Shown here: piece after piece, positions 27,303 to 36,399 of the stretch
How positions within the stretch are numbered: the stretch's first letter is position 1
Layout: each line of letters starts with the position of its first letter
Origin: an uncultured Hyphomonadaceae bacterium
GTDB taxonomy: Bacteria; Pseudomonadota; Alphaproteobacteria; Caulobacterales; Hyphomonadaceae
Reading direction: 5' to 3'
DNA length: 51,579 nt
NCBI GenBank assembly: GCA_938049795.1
Contig: CALLCD010000186.1
Span: forward strand, 1-51,579
The notes under the pieces: generated by a model
The model's database searches: none
Told to the model about the DNA's origin: nothing
Seen by the model: only the letters and a program-made list of their open reading frames with translations
Made by a program: the position numbers and the translations under genes

Positions 27303-28889
27303 ATGGTTCGCATGCAAATTCTGATTGTTGTGCTGATCCTGTCCGCGCTCTCCGGGGCCTTGTTCGCCTATAAAGTGACCAAGCTCGGCTTTCCGGTCAC
27401 GCCCAATCAGGACCAGTCCGAGTTTTATGTCGAAGCGCGCGTCTCGTTCACGGGCGGCACCGGCCCTGTCTCCGTCAAAGCCGCTTTGCCCAACAGCGCC
27501 GCCGGATTTGCCGTTCTAGAAACAGATGCGCTGGCCACCGGCTTCGGCGTGCTCGAAGAGGCGGACGAGGACGGCAATGCCATGTTCTTCGAGCAGCGCT
27601 CAGCCGAAGGCCCGCAAACCGTCTTCTATCGCGTTCGCGGCTATCGGGTCGATTCCTCGAACGTGGCCAGATCAGGCGGCCGGACCCCCGAAGCCGTCTC
27701 GCCCTTTGCAACAGACCTGCGCAAACGCACCCTCGGCACCGAACCGACCCCCTTCCTGCTCGCGCTCGATGACATTATTGAGCTTGGACAGTCCCGCTCC
27801 GCCGACGACCGCAACTTTGTCCGCAACACCGCACTTATTCTCGCAGATACCCGCGACGAACGCGTTGAAACACTGATCGAGGATGCGGCAACCGATTTAC
27901 GCGAGCCCGAGCGGCTTCTGGTCACCGTCCTGCAAGCGGCAGAAATCCCCGCCCGCCGCGTTGTCGGCCTTCCCGTACGCGCCGAACAGGCCGCCGTCAC
28001 CCCGCGCATCGCCATTGAAGCCTATTTCGAGGACCAATGGCACCGGATTTCCCCGCGCACCGGCAGCGTCACCACCGATGATGTGTTCATTCCGCTCAGC
28101 TATGGCGAAGCCCCGCTTATCAGCGGCGAAGGCACCATCGGCGAGCCGGACATCAGTTTCAGCGTTCGCAATGTCATCAATGACCGGCTCGAACACGCGC
28201 TGTGGACCAGCCGCGCGGACGCCCCCATTGTCAGCTGGGTATCGCTTCTGTCCCTACCGCTAAGTACGCAAATCGTATTCAAAGCGATTTTCCTCGTCCC
28301 CATTGGCGCTCTGGTCATCGCCTTCTTGCGGCAAATGGTTGGTGTCAGCACATTCGGCACCTTCATGCCGGTCCTGATTGCGCTGTCTTTCCGCGAAACC
28401 GGGCTGTTTAACGGGATCGGTCTCTTTGTCGGACTGGTCGGCGCGGGGCTATTACTGCGCGCCTACTTCTCAAAGCTACATCTCTTATTAGTACCGAGGC
28501 TAACGGCAGTGCTGGCCATTGTCACCTTGCTCATGGCCTTCATCGCGCTTTTGGGCAATGCCGCAGAATTTCCGATCGGCCTGTCCATTTCGCTCTTCCC
28601 GCTGGTGATCCTGACCATGACCATCGAGCGCATGTCCATCATGTGGGAAGAAGTCGGCGCACGCGAAGCCCTGATCCGTGGTGCAGGCTCAATCATTGCG
28701 GCGATCATCGCCTTCCTCATCGTCTCAAACGAGCGGATCGAATATCTCGCCTTCGTCTTCCCCGAATTGCTTCTGATCATCGTGGCGCTGGCCGTCCTGC
28801 TTGGTGGGTATAATGGCTACAAACTGTCCGAATATCTGCGCTTTAACATGTTCGGCCAGAAGCTACCCGGCCTCGAGGACACCGAATGA
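27303..28889 (+). CDS. Inactive-transglutaminase-like domain fused to a 7TM module (UUP1-like membrane protein)
   Basis: 528-aa ORF. It has an N-terminal TM anchor, a roughly 290-aa soluble domain with a TGase-like block LLVTVLQAAEIPARRVVG, and then about 7 hydrophobic helices. The entire protein contains no cysteine. Confidence 0.8.
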   Translation: MVRMQILIVVLILSALSGALFAYKVTKLGFPVTPNQDQSEFYVEARVSFTGGTGPVSVKAALPNSAAGFAVLETDALATGFGVLEEADEDGNAMFFEQRSAEGPQTVFYRVRGYRVDSSNVARSGGRTPEAVSPFATDLRKRTLGTEPTPFLLALDDIIELGQSRSADDRNFVRNTALILADTRDERVETLIEDAATDLREPERLLVTVLQAAEIPARRVVGLPVRAEQAAVTPRIAIEAYFEDQWHRISPRTGSVTTDDVFIPLSYGEAPLISGEGTIGEPDISFSVRNVINDRLEHALWTSRADAPIVSWVSLLSLPLSTQIVFKAIFLVPIGALVIAFLRQMVGVSTFGTFMPVLIALSFRETGLFNGIGLFVGLVGAGLLLRAYFSKLHLLLVPRLTAVLAIVTLLMAFIALLGNAAEFPIGLSISLFPLVILTMTIERMSIMWEEVGAREALIRGAGSIIAAIIAFLIVSNERIEYLAFVFPELLLIIVALAVLLGGYNGYKLSEYLRFNMFGQKLPGLEDTE

Positions 28890-29869
28890 GGCTGGTGCCG
28901 AAACTTGCCGCGCCGTGGCGTCTGAAGGCCAATCACATATTGGGCATTAATGGCCGCAATCGCGACTATGTGGCCCCGTTCAATGACCGCCGCTTCTATC
29001 ATCTGGTGGACAATAAGCTGACCACCAAATCTATGGCGCTCAAAGCGGGCGTCACCGTGCCGAAACTGATCGGACGTGTGGACTATACCGGACAGGTCAA
29101 ATCACTCCCCGACATGCTCAAAAATGCCGGAGACTTCGTGATAAAGCCAGCGCGCGGGGCCGGCGGCGGCGGTATCATTGTCGCCGATGGTGTCGACGAG
29201 AACGGGCTGCGCAAAGCCAGCGGCGCACGCATGGTCTGGCCCGAGGTCAAATTCCACATCCAGAACATTCTGTCCGGCATGTATTCGCTCGGCGGCGACG
29301 GCACCGACATTGCTGTCATCGAGGAGCGGCTCTATCCGCACTCGATTTTCAAGACACTGGCCTTTTCCGGCGTGCCCGATGTCCGCGTCATCGTGTTTCG
29401 CGGCGTGCCGGTAATGGCAATGCTGCGCCTGCCAACCTCCGAATCCGACGGCAAAGCCAATCTGCATACGGGCGGGGTCGGCGTGGGCATTGATCTGCCG
29501 ACGGGGGTCACGACCCTTGCCGTCCAGCATGACAATACAATCGACAAACACCCCGACTTCCTGACCCCGCTGACCGGCCTGCAATTGCCCGGCTGGAGCG
29601 ATGTTATGGCGCTCGCTACGGACATTGCCACCGCCGTCCCCGAGCTTGGCTATGTCGGCGTTGATGTGGTGATCGACGAAGTGCGCGGGCCGACCCTGCT
29701 CGAGCTCAATGCGCGCCCCGGCATCGCCGTCCAGATCGCCAACCGAAAAGGCCTCTCCGCCCCGCTCAAAGCGCTCGCCCAAATGGATGAAATCCCCGAA
29801 GGCCGTGAGGTCCGCATTGCGCTGGCCGAAAAACTATGGACCGAGGCGACCCAGCCGAAACCTAGCTAG
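28886..29869 (+). CDS. RimK-related ATP-grasp ligase (alpha-L-glutamate ligase-like protein)
   Basis: ATGA overlap with the upstream gene. The N-terminus ILGINGRNRDYV and the blocks DFVIKPARGAGGGGI and VGVDVVIDEVRGPTLLELNARPG fit a RimK-like ATP-grasp fold. There is no signal peptide. Confidence 0.85.
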   Translation: MRLVPKLAAPWRLKANHILGINGRNRDYVAPFNDRRFYHLVDNKLTTKSMALKAGVTVPKLIGRVDYTGQVKSLPDMLKNAGDFVIKPARGAGGGGIIVADGVDENGLRKASGARMVWPEVKFHIQNILSGMYSLGGDGTDIAVIEERLYPHSIFKTLAFSGVPDVRVIVFRGVPVMAMLRLPTSESDGKANLHTGGVGVGIDLPTGVTTLAVQHDNTIDKHPDFLTPLTGLQLPGWSDVMALATDIATAVPELGYVGVDVVIDEVRGPTLLELNARPGIAVQIANRKGLSAPLKALAQMDEIPEGREVRIALAEKLWTEATQPKPS

Positions 29870-30317
29870 ACCGCGCAAAAAACGCTGCATAGAACGCCTG
29901 CGCCTCGTCCGCCATCAACCCCGTCTCGACGCTCACACCGCCCGCCCGCAACCGGTCAAACCCGCCCGCACCATTCGGATGCACATCCGCAATCGGACAC
30001 ACCAGCCGCGCAATACCCGCCTCCAGCAACAGCGCCGAACACGCCGCCCCGCCCGCCGACCGCGCACGGCATGGCTCAAGCGTGACATAAGCCGTCGCCC
30101 CGCGCGCTGCATCCGCTGCCAGCCCACCCAGCGCCAAAGCCTCGGCGTGAGCGGTCCCGCCGTCTCCAGTTGCCCCTTCCGACAGCACACGCCCATCAGC
30201 TCCAACAAGCACACAGCCCACCGCCGGATTCGCCCCCGTGCGCCCCGATTGCGCCCTGGCAAGCGCAAACGCCCGCACCATCATCGCACGATCTGCCTTG
30301 GAGAACGCGGCGCTCAT
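29862..30317 (-). CDS. Stand-alone RibD-like cytidine/deoxycytidylate-type deaminase domain protein
   Basis: 151 aa. Zn-binding motifs HAE (TAHAEALAL) and PC...C (TLEPCRARSAGGAAC) are present. No reductase domain follows. The start overlaps the purU stop (ATGA). The 3' end overlaps the convergent ATP-grasp gene by 8 bp. Confidence 0.75.
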   Translation of the reverse strand: MSAAFSKADRAMMVRAFALARAQSGRTGANPAVGCVLVGADGRVLSEGATGDGGTAHAEALALGGLAADAARGATAYVTLEPCRARSAGGAACSALLLEAGIARLVCPIADVHPNGAGGFDRLRAGGVSVETGLMADEAQAFYAAFFARSS

Positions 30318-31192
30318 GCAAACACCACCGTCCGCTGCCCGTTAAGGAAAATCCGCCCCTCCGCATGCGCCGCCACAGCGCGCGCCAATGTACGCGCCTC
30401 GATGTCGCGCCCCTGCGCAATCATTTTCGCAGGCGTCGCGCGATGGTCCACCGGCTCGACTTGCTGGGCAATGATCGGCCCTTCATCAAGATCAGCCGTA
30501 ATGTAATGCGCCGTCGCCCCGATCAGTTTGACGCCTTGCCTGTACGCCTGATGATAGGGCTTTGCGCCCTTGAAACTTGGCAGGAAGGAATGGTGGATAT
30601 TGATGCACCGGCCTTGCAATTGCCGACACATATCGTCCGACAAAACCTGCATATAACGCGCAAGGATCACCAGCTCGCTGCCGGTCTGCGCGATGATCTC
30701 GGTCAATTTGGCTTCGGCAGCAGGCTTTGTCTCGGCCGTGACCGGAATATGGATGAAAGGCAGATTATCCCGCTCGGCATGCCATTTCGCATCCATATGG
30801 TTTGACACAATCGCCGCCACATCAATGCCAAGCCGCCCGCGCCGATAGCGATAGAGCAAATCGTTCAGACAATGATCAGCTTTCGACACCAGGATCAGCG
30901 CTTTGGGCTTTTGCTGCGACGGCCGACATGAGACTTGCATGTCGAGCCGCCCCGCAAGAGCCTCAAGATCGGCCTTGAACGCATCCGGATCAAGCGTGCG
31001 GTCCTGATCGGTAAACTCCGAACGGATAAAGAACATCCCCGTATCCGGATCACCATAATCATGGCTCTCGACAATGTTCAGCCCGCGCTCGGCCAGAAAG
31101 CCCGTCACCGCAGCGAGAATGCCGACGCCATCCGGGGCCGTGCAGCGCAGAATATGATTGTCTCCCTCCGCCGTCTCGACCTGTCCGATCAT
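30314..31192 (-). CDS. purU: Formyltetrahydrofolate deformylase
   Basis: 292 aa. An N-terminal ACT-like domain ([30 protein letters not shown]) is followed by a formyltransferase core ([20 protein letters not shown]). Confidence 0.9.
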   Translation of the reverse strand: MIGQVETAEGDNHILRCTAPDGVGILAAVTGFLAERGLNIVESHDYGDPDTGMFFIRSEFTDQDRTLDPDAFKADLEALAGRLDMQVSCRPSQQKPKALILVSKADHCLNDLLYRYRRGRLGIDVAAIVSNHMDAKWHAERDNLPFIHIPVTAETKPAAEAKLTEIIAQTGSELVILARYMQVLSDDMCRQLQGRCINIHHSFLPSFKGAKPYHQAYRQGVKLIGATAHYITADLDEGPIIAQQVEPVDHRATPAKMIAQGRDIEARTLARAVAAHAEGRIFLNGQRTVVFA

Positions 31193-31902
31193 GGCAAATC
31201 GGGCAGCGTTTTGGCTCTCGCCTCATCGAGATAGCGCACGGCGGTCGGGACAAGATCACCCCCGAGCTCGACCAGGAGCGGATTGCCGGTTGGAATTTCA
31301 ACACCCGTAATCATCTCGTCCGGCACATCAAACAAATGCTTGACCAGAGCCCTAAGCGAATTGCCATGCGCCGCAATCAAGAGGTTCTCCCCACTGGTCA
31401 GCTTCGGCGCAATCGCTTCGGTCCAATACGGCAAAACACGCTCAAGCGTCAGCTTCAGGCTTTCGGTCATCGGCACATCCAGCCCAGTATAGCGCGGATC
31501 AACGCTAGGATCGAACTCGGCGCCTTTTTCCATTGGCGGCGGCGGCGTGTCATAAGAGCGCCGCCAGATATGCACCTGATCCGCGCCATGTTTCTCGGCC
31601 GTTTCCGCCTTATTGAGCCCCGTCAGACCACCATAATGCCGCTCGTTCAGATGCCAATCACGCGTCACCGGCAACCAGCATTTGTCCATTTCCGCCAGCG
31701 CCAGCCAGAGCGTGCGAATGGCGCGGGTCTGCACGCTGACAAAGCATTCGGAAAACGCGATGCCCGACGCGGCCAGCATTTTCCCAGCCTCGCGCGCCTC
31801 ACCCTCGCCCTTCTCGGTCAGATCAACATCCCACCATCCGGTAAACCGATTTTCGAGATTCCACTGGCTTTGGCCATGACGCAAAAGAACGAGCTTGGGC
31901 AT
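31189..31902 (-). CDS. gpmA: 2,3-bisphosphoglycerate-dependent phosphoglycerate mutase
   Basis: [32 protein letters not shown]...[12 protein letters not shown]...[10 protein letters not shown]. This is the canonical dPGM pattern. Confidence 0.92.
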   Translation of the reverse strand: MPKLVLLRHGQSQWNLENRFTGWWDVDLTEKGEGEAREAGKMLAASGIAFSECFVSVQTRAIRTLWLALAEMDKCWLPVTRDWHLNERHYGGLTGLNKAETAEKHGADQVHIWRRSYDTPPPPMEKGAEFDPSVDPRYTGLDVPMTESLKLTLERVLPYWTEAIAPKLTSGENLLIAAHGNSLRALVKHLFDVPDEMITGVEIPTGNPLLVELGGDLVPTAVRYLDEARAKTLPDLP

Positions 31903-31957
31903 GCGAGATATTCCTTCAATAAGTTCAAGCCTGTTTTGCGGTTGCTAGCCCCCAAGA

Positions 31958-33085
31958 TCAAGCCCCGACCGTCTCGATCAGATCAAGGAAGGCCACAATG
32001 ACGTGATAGCCGGTGGAGGCGGGCATCGTCGTCGCCAGCAATGTCCCGTCAGCGGCAAAATGATCCTTCCACCCGCCTTGACCCGTCAGATACGCGTCCA
32101 TCAACAGGTCAAACGAACGAACCGCACGCTCAGCAGCCGCTTCATCACCCGCCCGCATCATGGTCAGATGCGCCTTGAGCGCTTCGGTCTGTGGCCAGGT
32201 CCGCGCGGACGTGTCATGCGGAATGGCGAGACGCGTAACCGATTGGACCGCCCTGCCCGTCTCCTCAAGCGTCTCGCAGGCAAACGCGTAAAGCCGGTGC
32301 GCCTCGGCCGGCAGTTCAGTGCCAGACAGCCGCGCATAGCGCTCAAACAGCCAAACCCACTCAAACTGATGCCCCGGCTCGACAATCTCGCCCGCTTCGC
32401 CGTCTGGAACGGACCAATCAGACCGGTCAAACACCTCCCCAAGCGTGCCCGTCTCCGGGTCAATAAACCGCTCAAGGCAAAGCGCAGCCAACCCGCCCGC
32501 CCGCATCAGATGCGCTTGAGACCCCGTCGCCGCAAACGCTTCCAAACACGCTTCAAACAAATGCATATGCGGGTTCTGCAACCGATACGGCCCGCGCGGC
32601 AACATTTCATCATAACCGCCCGAGGGCGCAGCCATATGACGCTCAAGCGCGGCCAATGTCGCATTGATGCGGTCTTCGGTCTGAAATCCCCCAGCATGCG
32701 CAGACGCCATCGCCAGGAGCGCAAAGGCGGTGTCATACAAGTCCGTCTCTTGCGCAACGGGCTGGCCCGCCTCCAGATCAAGGGTGCGGGCAAACAGGCC
32801 ATCGCTCGTCCTGCAAGCGGTCTCGAGCGTTTCAAGCCCGAACCCGATCAACTCATCCGCACGCCGGGGCCGCCAGCCAAGCTGCTTTGCCGCGACGAAC
32901 ATATAGGTCTGGCGCGCCTGCACCCGAACCCGCGCAGTGGCCGAAACAATCGGATCATGGTCCAAATCAAGCGCTTCTCGAAACCCGCCATCGCCAACGC
33001 CCTGTTCAGCCCAGAGCGGAAAGCAGGCATCAAGCAGCCATTCGCGGGCCCGCTGCGCCCTTTGCCGTAATGGACTGATGACCAT
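31958..33085 (-). CDS. AGE-family epimerase/isomerase (N-acylglucosamine 2-epimerase / mannose-6-phosphate isomerase-like)
   Basis: 375 aa. The N-terminal block WLLDACFPLWAEQGVGDGGFREALD and the repeated helical hairpin pattern are typical of the family. Confidence 0.8.
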   Translation of the reverse strand: MVISPLRQRAQRAREWLLDACFPLWAEQGVGDGGFREALDLDHDPIVSATARVRVQARQTYMFVAAKQLGWRPRRADELIGFGLETLETACRTSDGLFARTLDLEAGQPVAQETDLYDTAFALLAMASAHAGGFQTEDRINATLAALERHMAAPSGGYDEMLPRGPYRLQNPHMHLFEACLEAFAATGSQAHLMRAGGLAALCLERFIDPETGTLGEVFDRSDWSVPDGEAGEIVEPGHQFEWVWLFERYARLSGTELPAEAHRLYAFACETLEETGRAVQSVTRLAIPHDTSARTWPQTEALKAHLTMMRAGDEAAAERAVRSFDLLMDAYLTGQGGWKDHFAADGTLLATTMPASTGYHVIVAFLDLIETVGA

Positions 33086-33134
33086 TATTTACATTCCCCT
33101 CCAGCCAAATAGGCTTATCGTGTTTGTTTCCGAC

Positions 33135-33152
33135 TCTGCTATCAATAGCAGA
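33135..33152. promoter_or_regulatory. 18-bp palindrome (8-2-8) in a divergent promoter region
   Basis: TCTGCTAT-CA-ATAGCAGA lies between the AGE gene start (33085, -) and the 33167 (+) operon start. Confidence 0.35.
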
Positions 33153-33166
33153 ACTGAAATTCCAGT

Positions 33167-33802
33167 GTGCATGCAGGAAATCCATTGACCGACACTATAT
33201 TTTTCCCACTTGCAGGCTTGATCGCGATTGCAATGGTTTCGCTAGCGATGCGCCAGTCGGGCGGAGCCTTGCCCACAGGATCGGTTTCCGGCGCAGACAC
33301 CGACTATCGCATCATCCGCGTTGCTGGTGTTGAATTGAACCGTTTTGTGCCAAGCGATTACACAGATTACGCGATCGTTTCGACCGATTCCGGACCTGTC
33401 TTGCGGATCACACCGACGCAGGATTTCTTCCCCGCCAATCCCGACAGCGGCCCCCACTTTCGGCTGGCCCCTGATCTTGAAACCGTCTTTTCCGGACGGG
33501 AACTTCGGATCAGCGTGCGCGTCAGGTCAACCGCTCAGGACGGCGCGACACAATTCGAGCTGAATTATTTCGCAGGCCCAGAGGGACAATCGGGCTGGCG
33601 GCGCTTCCAATTAGGGCCGAATTTCCAGAATTTTTCCTTCGAGTTCACCGTGCCAACGGCAAATCAGGACCAAGGTGTCGATTTTCTTGGTATCAGACCC
33701 GTGATTGATGGTAAGGGCGCAGGCATCGAAATCGAAAGTCTGACATTCGTAAATCTACATTTATGGCGTAACGCACCGCCATCGGCCGGAGGAAGACGAT
33801 GA
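33167..33802 (+). CDS. Hypothetical membrane-anchored protein (N-terminal TM plus beta-rich extracytoplasmic domain)
   Basis: 211 aa. The TM segment is TIFFPLAGLIAIAMVSLAM. The stop overlaps the kpsF start (ATGA at 33799-33802). I recognise no family. Confidence 0.55.
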   Translation: MHAGNPLTDTIFFPLAGLIAIAMVSLAMRQSGGALPTGSVSGADTDYRIIRVAGVELNRFVPSDYTDYAIVSTDSGPVLRITPTQDFFPANPDSGPHFRLAPDLETVFSGRELRISVRVRSTAQDGATQFELNYFAGPEGQSGWRRFQLGPNFQNFSFEFTVPTANQDQGVDFLGIRPVIDGKGAGIEIESLTFVNLHLWRNAPPSAGGRR

Positions 33803-34758
33803 CATTGCCAACAGCGCAGGCCGCAGGTCGCCGTGTAATTGACCTTGAGGCAGAGGCTCTACGGGCCCTTTCCGCCAGCCTCGGCGCAACCTTCGATACC
33901 GTTATCGACGTGCTGCTCGATCTGAAGGGTGCATTGATTATTTCTGGCATGGGTAAGTCCGGACATATCGGCCGGAAAATGGCCGCAACCCTGTCGTCTA
34001 CGGGCACCCCGGCAATCTTTATCCATCCAGGCGAAGCCAGTCATGGAGATTTGGGGATTGTCGGCCCACAGGACATTGTGATCGCACTTTCGCGCTCTGG
34101 CGAAACCAGTGAGTTGGGCGATCTGATCGCGCACACACGGATGCTGGGGATTCCCTTGATTGCCATCACCGCCCAAAAAGACAGCACACTGGCCAAAACC
34201 ACCCCGCATGCTTTGATCCTGCCCGATATTGCCGAAGCCTGTTCGGTGACCCGTGCACCAACCACCTCCACAACCATGATGGCCGCCCTCGGTGATGCGA
34301 TCGCGGTCGCCCTGCTCGAGCGCAAAAATTTCACGCAGGAAGATTTCAAGCGCTTCCACCCGGGCGGCAATCTTGGGGCGATGCTGAGCACCGTGGCCGA
34401 TTTGATGCGCACAGGCGAAGCCTTGCCGCTGGTCCCGCAAGACACAGCTATGGACGCAGCGCTGGAAATGATGGGGCAAAAAAGGCTGGGCTGCGTCGGC
34501 GTGACCAATCCGGACGGCACATTGGCCGGCATTCTGACCGATGGCGATGTCCGGCGCATCATCACCCAGAATGACGTCTCCAAACCGCTACATCTTGCCA
34601 TGACAGCAACCCCCTTTACCCTGCCACCGGACACCCCCGCTATGGAAGCCGTCGCCATGTTGAACGCTCGGGAAATCTCACAAGTCTTCATTGTCGAAGA
34701 TGACCGGCCGGTCGGCATCGTCCACATGCACGATTTCCTGCGCGCGCAAATCGGCTAG
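33799..34758 (+). CDS. kpsF: KpsF/GutQ-family arabinose-5-phosphate isomerase (SIS + tandem CBS)
   Basis: The SIS block is LIISGMGKSGHIGRKMAATLSSTGTPAIFIHPGEASHGDLG. The C-terminal CBS pair is ...GILTDGDVRR...VGIVHMHDFLRA. Confidence 0.9.
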   Translation: MTLPTAQAAGRRVIDLEAEALRALSASLGATFDTVIDVLLDLKGALIISGMGKSGHIGRKMAATLSSTGTPAIFIHPGEASHGDLGIVGPQDIVIALSRSGETSELGDLIAHTRMLGIPLIAITAQKDSTLAKTTPHALILPDIAEACSVTRAPTTSTTMMAALGDAIAVALLERKNFTQEDFKRFHPGGNLGAMLSTVADLMRTGEALPLVPQDTAMDAALEMMGQKRLGCVGVTNPDGTLAGILTDGDVRRIITQNDVSKPLHLAMTATPFTLPPDTPAMEAVAMLNAREISQVFIVEDDRPVGIVHMHDFLRAQIG

Positions 34759-34772
34759 CCGCTGGCCAAGAC

Positions 34773-35549
34773 ATGTCCAAAACGATAGAACCTAATCCGA
34801 CGGAGGTGACGAAAAGCGACGCAATGTTGGAACTGAACAGTCTCAAAAAGAGTTTCGGGCAGACCGTCGCCGTCGACAATATCTCATTGTCGATCGGGAA
34901 AGGCGAGGTGCTGGGCTTTCTCGGGCCAAATGCAGCCGGAAAATCGACCACCATCCGCATGATTGCGGGCGTACTCAGCCCCGATTCCGGTGATGCGGTG
35001 ATCAATGGTCACTCCATCGTCACAGATCGCCAGACCGCCCAGCGGCAATTGGGCTATCTGCCCGAAGGTGCTCCGCTCTATAATGAGATGACCCCGCCTG
35101 GCTTCCTGCGTTTCCTCGCCAGCGCGCGCGGCCTCGACACTGCCAAACGCGAAGCGGCCGTCGAACGGGTCATCGCGGATGCCCGTATTGGCTCGGTCAG
35201 CAATAAGCGTATTGGCGAGCTCTCCAAAGGCTTCCGCAGACGCGTCGGGCTTGCCGGCGCCATCCTCACAGATCCGCCCGTCCTCTTGCTTGACGAACCA
35301 ACCGACGGGCTCGACCCCAACCAGAAACGCGCCGTCCGCGCCCTGATCGCGCGCATGGCACCGGAAAAAGCCATCCTGATCACCACCCACACGCTCGAAG
35401 AAGTCCCTGCCATGTGTTCGCGTGTCGTCGTGATTGATGGCGGCCGGATTGTCGCCGATGATACGCCCGAAACGCTCGCCGAAAACGCGGGCGGTCTGGA
35501 AGCGGCATTTTCCGAGCTGACCCTCGCTGCGGAGAAACCGACCGCATGA
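34773..35549 (+). CDS. ABC transporter ATP-binding protein (ABC-2 / GldA-like)
   Basis: Walker A is GPNAAGKST, the signature is LSKGFRRRV, and Walker B is LLLDEPTDGLD. It starts 14 nt after kpsF. Confidence 0.9.
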   Translation: MSKTIEPNPTEVTKSDAMLELNSLKKSFGQTVAVDNISLSIGKGEVLGFLGPNAAGKSTTIRMIAGVLSPDSGDAVINGHSIVTDRQTAQRQLGYLPEGAPLYNEMTPPGFLRFLASARGLDTAKREAAVERVIADARIGSVSNKRIGELSKGFRRRVGLAGAILTDPPVLLLDEPTDGLDPNQKRAVRALIARMAPEKAILITTHTLEEVPAMCSRVVVIDGGRIVADDTPETLAENAGGLEAAFSELTLAAEKPTA

Positions 35550-36394
35550 GCACCGCACAAGACATCTGGCAGTCCTCGACCAGCTCTTTTCTCGGCTTCC
35601 GCGCCGTCTATGTCCGCGAAGTGCAGACCTATATCCGCACGCCTATGGCCTATGTCTTCCTCGCCGTCTTCCTGCTCTCGCTGGGCGTTCTGACATGGGA
35701 AGCGGGCGGCTTTTTCGAAACCAACAGAGCCGACCTTGCCCCGTTCTTTGTCTGGCATCCCTGGCTCTACACCGTCTTCCTGCCCGCGCTCGCCATGCGG
35801 CTCTGGGCAGACGAGCAGACCAATGGCACCGACGAATTGCTTCTGTCTTTGCCCGTCGGTCTTGGCGGACTGGTGCTCGGCAAATTGCTTGCCGCATGGA
35901 CCATCACCGGCTTTGCGCTGATCCTGACGATCCCCATGTGGCTGACGGTCAACTTTCTCGGCTCACCGGCGGCGGTCGAACTGTCATGGATGAACCCGGG
36001 CAGCCTGTTCAAATGGCTCGGCGCAAACGTGTTTGGCGGCGCGGACAATGTCGCGATTTTCGTCACCTATCTGATGAGCTTCCTGATGGCGGGCGCGTAT
36101 CTGTCCATCGGCCTCGCCCTGTCGGCCATCGCGCGCAATCAGGTTACCGCCTTCATCATGTCCGTCTTTGTCGCCTTCATCCTGACCGCAGCGGGCTGGC
36201 CGGTCGTCCTCTCCGGCGTGACCGACAGTTTCGGCGTCGATGCGGCCGACAGCGTGGCGCGGCTTTCCTTTCTCAGCCATTTCGAAGCGGCCCAGCGCGG
36301 CGTGCTCGAATGGCGGTCGGTGATTTACTTTACCGGCTTTATCGGCCTCTCTTGCATGTTGTGCGGCCTCTGGGTTGCGCGGTTGAGGGAGTAA
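35546..36394 (+). CDS. ABC-2-type transporter permease (GldF-like)
   Basis: ATGA overlap with the ATPase gene. 282 aa with about 6 TM helices. Confidence 0.8.
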   Translation: MSTAQDIWQSSTSSFLGFRAVYVREVQTYIRTPMAYVFLAVFLLSLGVLTWEAGGFFETNRADLAPFFVWHPWLYTVFLPALAMRLWADEQTNGTDELLLSLPVGLGGLVLGKLLAAWTITGFALILTIPMWLTVNFLGSPAAVELSWMNPGSLFKWLGANVFGGADNVAIFVTYLMSFLMAGAYLSIGLALSAIARNQVTAFIMSVFVAFILTAAGWPVVLSGVTDSFGVDAADSVARLSFLSHFEAAQRGVLEWRSVIYFTGFIGLSCMLCGLWVARLRE

Positions 36395-36399
36395 GCCAG

